DNA of 59,335 nt from Gemmatimonadota bacterium (GTDB lineage: Bacteria > Gemmatimonadota > Gemmatimonadetes > Gemmatimonadales > GWC2-71-9): contig JANXXJ010000063.1 in the NCBI GenBank assembly GCA_025350665.1, positions 1-59,335 of the forward strand, read 5' to 3'. Of this stretch, positions 30,114 to 40,755 are shown one piece after another (within the stretch, counting starts at the first letter, position 1; each line of letters opens with the position of its first letter). The translations under genes were made by a program, and so were the position numbers. The notes under the pieces are model-generated. The model was not told where the DNA came from. It ran no database searches and saw nothing but the letters and a program-made list of their open reading frames with translations.

Positions 30114-31715
30114 ATGACGGCCCCCAAGCCTTTCGGTCCGTGGCTCGATCGCTTTTTCCAGTCGTATTTCCGGCACCGCCCCGTGAACGCGACGTTCATC
30201 GGGATTCATGATCACGACCATCGGCTCCCCGATTTTTCACCGTCCGGCGCGGGCGACGCCTTCGCCGATCTGCGCTCGTTGCTCGAAGCATCCCGGGGGA
30301 TCGACCCGGTTGCTCTGACCGGCCCCGAGCAGATCGACCTCCGCCTCGCCACCGGCTTCCTCGAGACCCAGCGCTGGGAGTTCGAGTCCCGGCATTTCCA
30401 CCAAGGGAACCCGAGCCTGTACACCGGTGAGGCGATTTTTGGCGTGATTTCGCTGTTTCTCACCGATTTCGCACCCTTGGCCGAGCGCGTGGCCGCCGCG
30501 ACGGGCCGGCTCGAGGCCTATGACCGGTTCTTCGAACAGGCCCGGGCCAACGTACCCGAGGCACCGGCGGGCTGGACCGCACGGGCGATCCGCGAATGCC
30601 GGGCAGGGCTGGCACTCCTGACGAGTGGCGTTCGTCAGCTCGCCGCTCAGCCGGGGGCAGACTGGAACCCGTTCCTCGCCGCGGCCGAACGGGCGGCCCG
30701 CCTGCTCGAAGCCCACCGGCATCATCTCGAAACCGACACGCTCCGCCGTCCGGTGACCGCAGTCGCGGCCGGCGCCGATGCCCTGGAGCTGTATCTGCGG
30801 CAGGGTCATTTCCTGGCCGAGTCAGGCGACGCCATCGCTGAATACGCCGAGGCCGAACTCGTCCGGGCCAAACAGTACCTCTCGGAGCGCAAAGATGATG
30901 CGGGTGCGGCCGCCGGCACCGCCGGCACCGACCCTCGGTATCAGGCGGTCTGGGACGACGCCCGCGACACGGCGCTCCGCCACCAGCTCCTCGCCTGGCC
31001 CGATTTCCCGATCCGCTATGTGCCCCGGCCCGCCTGGGCGGCGGAGGCGGCCCCGGACTTGTACTTTCTGTTCTATCGCTCACCCGCGGCATTCGGGCGG
31101 CCGCCGGTCCACGAGTACCTGGTCCCGCCGGACGATCCCGGCGAGAGTGCCGTCAAGCTGAACCACGTGGTCCACCACGGGGGGATCGGGCACCACGTCC
31201 AGAACTGGCACGCCTTCCGGGCCCGTTCCCGGATTGGACGGATGGCCGCGGTGGACTGCGCGTCGCGGATCGCGATGTTCTGTGGCGGGACGATGGCCGA
31301 GGGCTGGGCCTGCTACGCGACGGATCTGATGGGCGAGACCGGCTATCTCACCAACGCCGAGCGTTACGACGAACAGCGGACCCGGGCCCGGATGTGCGCT
31401 CGGGCGGTGGTGGACGTCCGGCTGCACCAGGGCCGCTATTCGCTCGCGGATGCGGCGGCCTACTACGAACGGGAAGCCGCCATGCCGGCCGAAGCGGCGA
31501 TGGGCGAAGCGGTCAAGAACAGCATGTTCCCCGGCGGAGCGCTGATGTATGTGATGGGCACCGACAAGATCCATCAACTCCGGCAGACGTTGTCGGCCCG
31601 GCTGGGAGGCCGGTTTTCGCTCAGGGCGTTCCACGACGAGTTTCTCTCCCACGGATCGATTCCGGTGACGCTGATCGCGGAGACGATGATGGAGCAGGCC
31701 AATGGCGCTGAGTGA
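30114..31715 (+). CDS. DUF885-family protein with atypical motif
   Basis: PVNATFIG.H.HD..LPD, HHGGIGHHVQ, EGWACY, RAVVDVRLH, FSLRAFHDEFLSHGSIP. Confidence 0.85.
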   Translation: MTAPKPFGPWLDRFFQSYFRHRPVNATFIGIHDHDHRLPDFSPSGAGDAFADLRSLLEASRGIDPVALTGPEQIDLRLATGFLETQRWEFESRHFHQGNPSLYTGEAIFGVISLFLTDFAPLAERVAAATGRLEAYDRFFEQARANVPEAPAGWTARAIRECRAGLALLTSGVRQLAAQPGADWNPFLAAAERAARLLEAHRHHLETDTLRRPVTAVAAGADALELYLRQGHFLAESGDAIAEYAEAELVRAKQYLSERKDDAGAAAGTAGTDPRYQAVWDDARDTALRHQLLAWPDFPIRYVPRPAWAAEAAPDLYFLFYRSPAAFGRPPVHEYLVPPDDPGESAVKLNHVVHHGGIGHHVQNWHAFRARSRIGRMAAVDCASRIAMFCGGTMAEGWACYATDLMGETGYLTNAERYDEQRTRARMCARAVVDVRLHQGRYSLADAAAYYEREAAMPAEAAMGEAVKNSMFPGGALMYVMGTDKIHQLRQTLSARLGGRFSLRAFHDEFLSHGSIPVTLIAETMMEQANGAE

Positions 31716-32895
31716 CGCGGCCCTGACCTTCGGCCGTGAGGTGATGACGGCCCTCCTCGGCCTCGATCAGCTCTATCGCCGGGAGAGTGGCGACGAGGAC
31801 GGGCTCGCGGTGTTGAATCTCGATCAGGACCACGAGTTCACCGGGGACGCGTTCGAGAGCTATCGAGTGGCCGCTGGACGGTTCGCCGATCTGCGGCTCC
31901 GGGCGGTTCGGCTCCCCGAGCCGGATCGCCGGGTCTACTATGACGACTTGTGCCATTCCACCCTGGCATTCATTGCCTGGCGCGAACAGGGTCTTTCCTT
32001 CGAGCGCCAGCTGGCGGATTTTCTCCACGTCCCCGCGGCGCCGGTGTCGGAGGCCGACCTGGATCGCCTCCGAATCGACCTCCAGGCCCTGCTCGACCGG
32101 AACGGGTATCAGGGCACCCTCGCGGCCCAGTCCGCGGAGTGGGAGCGGCGCAACCGGGTACCCGCGGCCGACGTCGAGGCGGTGCTGACCCGATGGATGG
32201 ACGACGCCTGGACCCGGACTGAAGCAACGTTGCTCCCGATTCCGGCAGACCGGGCCGATGGCATGCGCGTGACGCCGGTCTCCGGCATGGCCTTCAATGC
32301 CCGCTGCAACTATCCCGGCCGCTCGGTCGAGATCAATACCGATCCGGTCCTGACCGGTCCCGGACTCAAGCATCTTGCGGTCCACGAGGGCTGCCCCGGG
32401 CACTACATCCAATTCAAGATGCGGGAGACGTGGTACCGCCGAGGCCTCGCGGCGGCGGATGTCCTGCTCTCGTGCGTGAACACCGCCAGTTCGTGCGTGT
32501 TTGAAGGGATCGCGGACGCGGGCCTGGAGATGACCGACTGGATCGCGAACGACGACGACCGGATCCAGTCGCTCCAGAACCGGTACCGGGCCGCGGTCGG
32601 TACCGTCGCCGCGTGGCGGCTCCATGGGCTCGGCCACAACGCCGGGCCGGTTGGCGATTGGCTCCGGAGTGTCGCCCTCGTCGGCGGTGAAGGCTGGGTG
32701 GCGAATCGGATGGCGTTCATCCGGGCGCCGGCCCGCGCGGCGCTGATCTGGTCCTACTGGTGGGGCGAACCGACGGTGGCGGCCGCATGGCGGACGGTGG
32801 CGCCGCCCGACCGGCCGGCCTTCCTCGAGTTCCTCCACACCCGCATGCACTCGAATCGGAGCGTGGCCATGTTCCAGGCAGATTCCCGACGATGA
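31702..32895 (+). CDS. DUF885-like putative metallopeptidase
   Basis: LAVHEGCPGHY, FEGIA, SYWWG; overlaps upstream gene by 14 nt. Confidence 0.7.
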   Translation: MALSDAALTFGREVMTALLGLDQLYRRESGDEDGLAVLNLDQDHEFTGDAFESYRVAAGRFADLRLRAVRLPEPDRRVYYDDLCHSTLAFIAWREQGLSFERQLADFLHVPAAPVSEADLDRLRIDLQALLDRNGYQGTLAAQSAEWERRNRVPAADVEAVLTRWMDDAWTRTEATLLPIPADRADGMRVTPVSGMAFNARCNYPGRSVEINTDPVLTGPGLKHLAVHEGCPGHYIQFKMRETWYRRGLAAADVLLSCVNTASSCVFEGIADAGLEMTDWIANDDDRIQSLQNRYRAAVGTVAAWRLHGLGHNAGPVGDWLRSVALVGGEGWVANRMAFIRAPARAALIWSYWWGEPTVAAAWRTVAPPDRPAFLEFLHTRMHSNRSVAMFQADSRR

Positions 32896-34484
32896 GACCG
32901 AAGGATGGCCTGGCCCTGCTTCTGCTCCTGGCGGCCTGCGGCGGCGCAGAGGGCGGCGGCGGCAAGACGATTCTCCGGGTGGCCTACGAGCGGGAGATCG
33001 ACGTCCTGAATCCGTTCACCAGCCAGAACCTGGCCGACATCGGTTACACGATGATCGAAGGCCTGGTCACGACCGACGAACACAACCGCTACATCCCGGT
33101 ACTCGCCCGAACGATCCCCACCCGGGCGAACGGTCTCGTCAAAAACACGGCCGGGAGCATGGTCGAAATCACCTGGCCCCTGCAGGACAGCGTCCGCTGG
33201 CACGACGGCGTGCCGTTCACCAGCAAGGACGTCTGCTTCACCTGGAAGTTCGTCACCAGCCCGAACTCCGAAACTTACAATCGCGAACAGTACCTCCACA
33301 TCCAGGACTGCCGGACCCCGGACGACCACACGGTGGTCTTCGTCTGGGATGGGGAATACGCCTATTACGACGGGCTCTTCGAGGCGATTCTCCCTGAGCA
33401 TATCCTCGGCGCCCTCTCCACCGAGGCGATCGTCAAGTACGAGCCCTACAACCGGGGGCCCAAGACGATCGGAACCGGCCCGTTCAAATTCGCCGAGTGG
33501 AAATCGGGCGAGTATATCCGGCTGGTGCGGAACGATCAGTACTGGCGAGGCCGGGCCCTGCCGAAAATCGACGAGATCGTCTGGGCCTTCATCCCCGACG
33601 CCAATACCCGGCTCAACGCCCTCAAATCGGGCCAATATCACTATGGGCGGATCCAGCCTAACCAGGTGAAGGACGTGAAGGATCTGGCCGGCTACCAGAC
33701 CCATCTGGTCAGTCAGAACTCGGTGATGCACCTCGACGTATCCCGACGAACGCCCCACGGGGCTCTGATCTTCGGCGACGAGCGGGTCCGCCGGGCCATT
33801 TTCCAGGCGATCGACCGGACGGCCATCGCGGGCCAATTGATGGAGGGAACCGTCCAGGTGGCCAACTCGCCCATCAATCCGACCAGCCGGTTCCACAAGG
33901 CCGATCTGGCGGTGCCGGCCGTCGACACGGTGATGTCGAAGCAGCTGCTCGATCAGGCCGGGTGGCTCATGGGAGCCGACGGCGTGCGCCACAAGGGCGC
34001 TGACCGCCTCACGTTTCTGATCTCGAACCGGGCCGGGGCCACCGACCGAATCGCGGTAGCGCAGGTGATTCAGGCCCAGCTCAAGGCGATCGGTGTCGAG
34101 GTGACCTTCGAAACACTGGAAAGTGCGGCCTGGACCAACAAGTGGCGGAGCGGCCAGTGGGAGGCGGTCGTCAGCGCCTGGTTCCTGCCGGCCGATCCGA
34201 GCCTGACTGGCCTCTACGCCTGCGACGGCGCCAACAACATGACCGGTTTCTGCGATCCGGAACTCGACGTGCTGCTCAAGCGCTCCGACCGAACCCTGGA
34301 CGATCAGGCCCGGAAGCGCGATCTCGATCTGGCCCAGGAACGTCTCATCGCCACCGCCCGGACGCTGCCGCTCTACTACAACGTGATCCCCGAAGTGGTC
34401 AGCACCCGGATCGGCAACTTCCGGGCGAGCGGCACCAACTTCGGGAGCTTCTGGAACGTCTTCGACTGGACGCTGGCGCCCTGA
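32892..34484 (+). CDS. Peptide ABC transporter substrate-binding lipoprotein (family 5)
   Basis: Lipobox LAAC, VRWHDGVPFTSKDV.FT, IGTGPFKF. Confidence 0.92.
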   Translation: MRPKDGLALLLLLAACGGAEGGGGKTILRVAYEREIDVLNPFTSQNLADIGYTMIEGLVTTDEHNRYIPVLARTIPTRANGLVKNTAGSMVEITWPLQDSVRWHDGVPFTSKDVCFTWKFVTSPNSETYNREQYLHIQDCRTPDDHTVVFVWDGEYAYYDGLFEAILPEHILGALSTEAIVKYEPYNRGPKTIGTGPFKFAEWKSGEYIRLVRNDQYWRGRALPKIDEIVWAFIPDANTRLNALKSGQYHYGRIQPNQVKDVKDLAGYQTHLVSQNSVMHLDVSRRTPHGALIFGDERVRRAIFQAIDRTAIAGQLMEGTVQVANSPINPTSRFHKADLAVPAVDTVMSKQLLDQAGWLMGADGVRHKGADRLTFLISNRAGATDRIAVAQVIQAQLKAIGVEVTFETLESAAWTNKWRSGQWEAVVSAWFLPADPSLTGLYACDGANNMTGFCDPELDVLLKRSDRTLDDQARKRDLDLAQERLIATARTLPLYYNVIPEVVSTRIGNFRASGTNFGSFWNVFDWTLAP

Positions 34485-34485
34485 C

Positions 34486-35431
34486 GTGGGTCGCTATCTC
34501 CGCCGCCGCCTGATTCAGCTGGTGCCGCTGCTGTTTGGCATCTCGATCGTCATTTTCGGCGTGATTCAGGCCGCGCCCGGCGGGCCCGAAGGCAGTCTGC
34601 TCGCGGCGGGCCGGTTCGTGGACCCCAGCGTGATCGAGAGCTACCGCCACCGGCTCGGCGTCGACCAGCCGGTCTGGCGCCAGTATCTCAACTGGCTGGG
34701 CGCCAGCGCACGCGGAGATCTGGGACAAAGCTTCTCGACCAGCCGGCCGGTGACGGCGATGATCGGGGAACGCCTCCCCGCCACACTGGAGCTGATGGGC
34801 GCCGCCTTCCTGTTTGCGGCGCTCGTGGCGCTGCCGTTCGGGCTCTTCTCCGCCCTCAGGCGCTACACCCTGGCCGACATGCTCGGCACCGGATTGTCAT
34901 TTCTCGGGGTGGCCATGCCGGTGTTCTGGTTCGGCCTGCTGCTCCAGCTGATCTTTTCGGTCCGGCTGGGCTGGCTGCCGGTGTCCGGCACCGGTACCAT
35001 CGGCGCCTCGTCGGTCGGCGACCATCTGCGCCACCTGATCCTGCCGGGACTGGTTCTCTCGACTCGGTACATCGCGGGATGGTCGCGATACTTCCGGTCG
35101 AGCCTGATCGGGGTGTCGCGGGCTGGGTTCGTGCGGACCGCGCGCGCCAAGGGGCTCACCGAAACGCGGGTCGTGGGCGTTCACACCGTCCGCAACGCCC
35201 TCGTCCCGGTGATCTCGGTGATGGCGTTGAACGTAGCCGATCTCTTTTCAGGGGCGGTCATCACCGAGACCGTGTTTGCCTGGCCCGGGATCGGGCGGCT
35301 CTTCGTCCAGGGGATGTTCGCGCGGGACTATCCGCTCCTGATGGGGATTCTGCTGATGGGCGCCGTCACGGTGATCCTCTTCAACCTGGTCGCCGATCTG
35401 CTGTACGGCGCGCTCGATCCCAGAATCCGCT

Positions 35432-35439
<8 letters not shown>
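34486..35439 (+). CDS. Peptide ABC transporter permease (OppB/DppB-like)
   Basis: GDLGQSF, FVRTARAKGL, ETVFAWPGIG, LYGALDPRI. Confidence 0.93.
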
Positions 35440-36286
<847 letters not shown>

Positions 36287-36492
36287 TCCAGCTGCATCGG
36301 AACGTTACGCCCCCGCTCACCACGAGACGGACCGGCGCAGGTGCCAGGCCCGCTCGGCGGCGGCAAGGCATTCTCAATCAAGAACTTGACCTGAGCTGAC
36401 CGCGCTGGCCCCGGACCTGCACTTCGGGGCCTCGCGGCGAACGCCCATCAACGTGGCACGCCCGCTGTGAGTCCCCAACCAATGGAGTGCCC

Positions 36493-37032
36493 ATGTACCG
36501 TCGCCTGACTGCAGGTTTCGCCGTCGCCGCCGTAGCCTTCAGCCTCGCATGCAGCAATGCCGCGAGCTCGGATTCGGCGTTTGCGCCGTCCCCGCCGGCC
36601 ACGCCCTTTGCGTCCGGCGGGAGCGGCGGCGGGGGCGGGGGCTCGGTCCGGCCCTGTGCCATTCTGACGTTCGGCATCGTGAACAACACCGTATTGAGCT
36701 CGTCGGTCGCCCCGTACTGGCAGCCCAATACCGCATACGGAGCACAGGCTATCGGTTCCACGGAAAAGAGTTGTGACACGGTGCCTGGCGCCGTGATGAT
36801 CTGGACCGACATCACCGGCACCAACGATGGCTGCGACGCCACGATCCCGCGGTTCGTAGGGGCGACTTACGCCAAGTACGGGCTCAAGCCGATGAGCCGC
36901 TTCGACCAGTACTTCGTCTATAGCACCGGCGACAATTGCATCGGCACCACCCGGACAATCAAGGCCACGCTGATCGACCAGACCACCGGCGCCGTGCTGT
37001 CCACGATGACCACGACCTGGCTGGTCGGGTAG
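36493..37032 (+). CDS. Hypothetical lipoprotein
   Basis: GGAG SD; lipobox SLAC; Ser/Pro/Gly linker; four further Cys; followed by terminator. Confidence 0.75.
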   Translation: MYRRLTAGFAVAAVAFSLACSNAASSDSAFAPSPPATPFASGGSGGGGGGSVRPCAILTFGIVNNTVLSSSVAPYWQPNTAYGAQAIGSTEKSCDTVPGAVMIWTDITGTNDGCDATIPRFVGATYAKYGLKPMSRFDQYFVYSTGDNCIGTTRTIKATLIDQTTGAVLSTMTTTWLVG

Positions 37033-37052
37033 CCCAACCGGCATCGAAGGCA

Positions 37053-37097
37053 GCGGGCCCCGGCCGAGGTTTCCGGCCGGGGCCCGCGTGTTTCGTT
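37053..37097. terminator. Intrinsic terminator between convergent genes
   Basis: 14-bp stem GCGGGCCCCGGCCG/CGGCCGGGGCCCGC then GTGTTTCGTT. Confidence 0.78.
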
Positions 37098-37109
37098 CGG
37101 CACCCTGAG

Positions 37110-38966
37110 TCAGTGTCCGATCACCATCTCCAGGTGGGTCGGGTACCGGACCGACTGGTAGATCCGCTGGGTGGCCGGGCGGTAGTCGCCGCGTTTGGCT
37201 TCGAAGACGCTCGGCGTGAACGTCTGCGGGTTCCGGTCGATCAGCGGGAACCAGCTACTCTGGACCTGGACCATGATCCGGTGTCCCTTGAGGAACCGGT
37301 AGTCGACCGAGTGGAGGTCCACCGTGTAGGGCACGACGGCGTCCGCCGCCAGCGCGACGGGCTTCTCGAACCCCTGATGGAACCGGCCCCGGAGCACATC
37401 GCCCATCACCATGAGCTGGTAGCCGGCCATCTTCGGATCGGCGGGGTCGGGCTCCGGATAGGCGTCGATCAACTTCACGATCCAGTCACTGTCCGTCCCG
37501 GTGGTCGAGGCGAACAGCCTGGCCACGATCGAGCCAGAGACCACCACGTCCTGGTCGAGCGGTGGTGTTGTCCAGGAGAGGACATCCTTCCGGCCGGTGA
37601 GGAACCGCTGATCCTGGACCTGCCAGGTGGTCCAGCCGCCGAAGCCTAACGTCGGATCGACCGGCCGTTTGCGGTACGGCACCGGATCGGCGGGGTCGGA
37701 GAGATATTCCGCGAACGCCGCCCCGGGGGCGGGTGGCGTCCAGGCCAGTTTTCCGCCGGGCTGGAGATAGAGGTTCTTCACGGCGGTGCCGGTTCGCTCC
37801 GGCCAGCTCGTGTGCGAGACCCAGCGGTTGGCCCCGGGCTCGAAGGTGGTGGCTTCGGCGAGATCGATCTTGCCCTGGCCCTTCAAGTAGAAGCGGAACC
37901 AGGGGAGCTGGATCTTTTCCCGGAAATACCGGCCCGTCTCGCTTCCGAAACTCACCCGGCCAAGCGAATCACCCTTGCCGGCCGCCCAGCCGCCGTGGTT
38001 CCACGGGCCGACAACCAGGAAGTTCTGGTTGTGGGTGTCGTGGCGTTCGAGCAGTTCGTAAATCCGGAGCGGTCCGTAGAAGTCTTCCTGGTCCCACCAG
38101 CCGGCTACGTTCAGGGTGGGGACCGTGACCTTCGTGAGGTAGGGTGCAAAGGCCTGGCGCTTCCAGAAGCCGTCGTAGTTCGGATGGGAGACGAAGTCGA
38201 CCCAGGTCGGCAACTTGGCGCCGCCGTACTTCTCCTCGACGTTGATCAGTGGCCCAAGGTCGAGGTACCACTGGTACGTGTCGGGGGTCCCGAACTCGAA
38301 CGGCTTCACTTCGGCGCCCCGCTCCATGGCGAAGGCGTATTCCATGGCGTAACTCAGCCGGAAGGCACCGTTGTGGTGGAAGTCGTCGCCCAGGTACATG
38401 TCGGCCGGGGAGGCCTGGGGCGAGACGGCCTTGAGGGCCGGGTGCGGATCGAGCATGGCCATGACCGTGGTCCAGCCCATGTACGACACTCCCATCATCC
38501 CGGCCTTGCCGTTGTTGTTCGGGACGTTCTTGAGCAGCCAGTCGATCGTGTCGTAGGTGTCGGTGCTCTCGTCGATCGCCTTGGGGTCCTTGGAATTCCG
38601 GGGCGGGCGGAGCATGACGAAGGTGCCTTCCGACCGGGATTTCCCGAGGATGTCCTGGAGGACGATGATGAAGCCATCGTCGATCAACTCCCGGAAGGCG
38701 TAGAGCGAGCCTGGGAACCCCTTGGCGTCAACGCCGGACAGGACCCCGTAGGGCGACCGGTTCAGGATGAAGGGCATCGGCTCGCGCCGGCCGATCGGGG
38801 TGTAGATCGCGGTGTGGAGCTTGACCCCGTCCCGAGTCGGAATCATCACGTCCTGGCGGGTGACCTTGGTGGTCCAGTCGACGCGTTCCTGCGCCGCCGA
38901 TCGGTTGACAAGGATCGCGCCGGCGGCCATGGCGATCAGAAGCGAAGTCTGGACACGACGGGCCAT
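37110..38966 (-). CDS. CocE/NonD-family hydrolase (alpha-amino acid ester hydrolase-like), secreted
   Basis: RDGVKLHT, GVSYMG nucleophile elbow, GWWDQED, GPWNHG, SSWFPLIDRNPQ. Confidence 0.92.
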   Translation of the reverse strand: MARRVQTSLLIAMAAGAILVNRSAAQERVDWTTKVTRQDVMIPTRDGVKLHTAIYTPIGRREPMPFILNRSPYGVLSGVDAKGFPGSLYAFRELIDDGFIIVLQDILGKSRSEGTFVMLRPPRNSKDPKAIDESTDTYDTIDWLLKNVPNNNGKAGMMGVSYMGWTTVMAMLDPHPALKAVSPQASPADMYLGDDFHHNGAFRLSYAMEYAFAMERGAEVKPFEFGTPDTYQWYLDLGPLINVEEKYGGAKLPTWVDFVSHPNYDGFWKRQAFAPYLTKVTVPTLNVAGWWDQEDFYGPLRIYELLERHDTHNQNFLVVGPWNHGGWAAGKGDSLGRVSFGSETGRYFREKIQLPWFRFYLKGQGKIDLAEATTFEPGANRWVSHTSWPERTGTAVKNLYLQPGGKLAWTPPAPGAAFAEYLSDPADPVPYRKRPVDPTLGFGGWTTWQVQDQRFLTGRKDVLSWTTPPLDQDVVVSGSIVARLFASTTGTDSDWIVKLIDAYPEPDPADPKMAGYQLMVMGDVLRGRFHQGFEKPVALAADAVVPYTVDLHSVDYRFLKGHRIMVQVQSSWFPLIDRNPQTFTPSVFEAKRGDYRPATQRIYQSVRYPTHLEMVIGH

Positions 38967-39031
38967 CGGGAGCCTCGACTCATTGGATGGTGACAGGGAC
39001 CGGGATGATAGCGGATCGACCCCCCGAACAG

Positions 39032-40039
39032 TCAGCCCGCGGCTTTCACACCGGTTTCTGCCTGGGCGAGGTGAGCCCGGCGCAACGCCGTCGCCGTCTT
39101 GTGGTCGCCCGTGTGGCTCCAGCCCGGGGGCATCACGACGTAGCGGATCTTGTTGAGAAGACCCGGCGCCCGCCACACGTCCCGCGCCAGCAGCACGATC
39201 TCGCCGAAATAGACGTCGAGGAAATTGCCGGGATTCACCTTGCGGGTGATCCCGTAATCCGGCTGGACCGAGAGCTGTTCGTGCTGCAAGGTGCCGAAGA
39301 CCCGGTCCCAGACGTTGAGCAGGTTGCAAAAGTTGGTGTCGATGTAGAGCGGGTTTCTGGAATGGTGGACCCGGTGGTGGGACGGCGTGAGAATCAGCCG
39401 CTCGAGCGGCCCCAGCCGGGCATCCACCAGGAGGTGTTCGCCGGCATGGATGAACATGCCCCACATGCCGTCGATGAACATGATCAGAAACAGGAGCGGC
39501 GGGCTCAGACCCAGCAGAATGCAGGTCGAGGTCCGGATGACGTCGGCGTACGGGGCTTCGAGGAAGAAGTGGGCGTGGCTGACGAACAGATTCATGCTCT
39601 CGGGCGCATGGTGGGTCGAGTGGAGGCACCACAAGAGCCGGACCTTGTGGGCCAGGTAGTGATAGATGAAGTGACCCAGCTCCCAGACCACGTAGCCGTA
39701 CAGCAGCCCGTACCACGTGATTTTGAGACTGAAGGGGGCGATCGGCGTGAACACGCCGATCGCGAACGCGGTCGCGGCGATCGACACCCAGCCCGATATG
39801 ATCCGGTTGAACACGTAGATCAGAAAGATCAGCCGGTACTCGCGACCGCGGAACGTGCGCGTCCAGAGCGCCCTGACGATCTCGAACACCAACAGCAGAG
39901 GGAGCAGCGGCCCGATCGCTCCCGTGAACCCGCTCCAGGTCCTGAGACTCGAATAGTCGCCGGACTGGACCATCGTGATCCAGGAGCCCAGACCCAGAAA
40001 GCCGGTCAGCTCATGCAGCAGGGTGGTGAGGACGGTCAT
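39032..40039 (-). CDS. Sterol desaturase / fatty-acid hydroxylase family membrane protein
   Basis: His boxes HYLAH, HSTHH, HHRVHH; WDRVFGT. Confidence 0.9.
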   Translation of the reverse strand: MTVLTTLLHELTGFLGLGSWITMVQSGDYSSLRTWSGFTGAIGPLLPLLLVFEIVRALWTRTFRGREYRLIFLIYVFNRIISGWVSIAATAFAIGVFTPIAPFSLKITWYGLLYGYVVWELGHFIYHYLAHKVRLLWCLHSTHHAPESMNLFVSHAHFFLEAPYADVIRTSTCILLGLSPPLLFLIMFIDGMWGMFIHAGEHLLVDARLGPLERLILTPSHHRVHHSRNPLYIDTNFCNLLNVWDRVFGTLQHEQLSVQPDYGITRKVNPGNFLDVYFGEIVLLARDVWRAPGLLNKIRYVVMPPGWSHTGDHKTATALRRAHLAQAETGVKAAG

Positions 40040-40154
40040 CGGATGCCATGCTCGAATGGTGGCCGCGGCAAGATCGCCGAAAAGGTACCGCCGGACCGCC
40101 GACGCGGCCACCAGGTGACCTCCCCGCGACAGCCGCCCAAGCTATCTTCGGGCC

Positions 40155-40751
40155 ATGCTTTCCATCACCTCGGCCGCCGTCCTGCTGTTCTTCGTCATGG
40201 ACCCACTGGGCAACGTGCCGCTGTTCCTCGCGGCGCTCACGCATGTGGCGCCTGCTCGCCACCGGCGGGTGATCATCCGGGAACTGGTCATCGCGCTCGC
40301 GGTCCTGGTGGCTTTTCTGTTCGGCGGGCCGAAACTGCTGGAATTGCTGCGAGTGTCGGGGACGGCGCTCACGGTTGCGGGTGGAGTGGTGATGCTGCTG
40401 ATCGCGCTTCGAATGGTTTTCCCGACCGCCGACAGCAACTTGGTTGAAGCCGTGGAGGCCGAGCCGTTCGTCGTGCCGCTCGCGATCCCTTACGTAGCCG
40501 GCCCAAGCGCCATGGCAACGGTGCTGCTGTTCACGAGCCGCGAGCCGGACCGCTGGCCGGCCTGGCTGCTGGCTCTCCTCCTGGCGTGGCTCGCCACCGG
40601 GGTGGTGCTGTTCTTCGCCTCGGGCTTTGCCCGGCTGCTCGGATCGCGTGGACTGCTCGCCATCGAGCGGCTGATGGGCATGCTGCTCGTGATCGTGTCG
40701 GTCGAGATGATCCTGAGCGGTCTCCGGCAATACCTCGCGGCTCCGCTCTAG
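40155..40751 (+). CDS. MarC-family membrane protein (YhgN-like)
   Basis: MDPLGNVPLF, VPLAIPYVAGP, ERLMGMLL. Confidence 0.92.
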   Translation: MLSITSAAVLLFFVMDPLGNVPLFLAALTHVAPARHRRVIIRELVIALAVLVAFLFGGPKLLELLRVSGTALTVAGGVVMLLIALRMVFPTADSNLVEAVEAEPFVVPLAIPYVAGPSAMATVLLFTSREPDRWPAWLLALLLAWLATGVVLFFASGFARLLGSRGLLAIERLMGMLLVIVSVEMILSGLRQYLAAPL

Positions 40752-40755
40752 CCGA

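Noticed and set aside
30911-30930. 9-bp tandem duplication CGCCGGCAC x2 in the DUF885 gene
   Set aside because: In frame, two copies, in a low-complexity linker; no evidence of function.
36400-36437. GC-rich hairpin upstream of the orphan lipoprotein as a riboswitch
   Set aside because: No recognisable aptamer consensus; such pairing is common by chance in GC-rich DNA.
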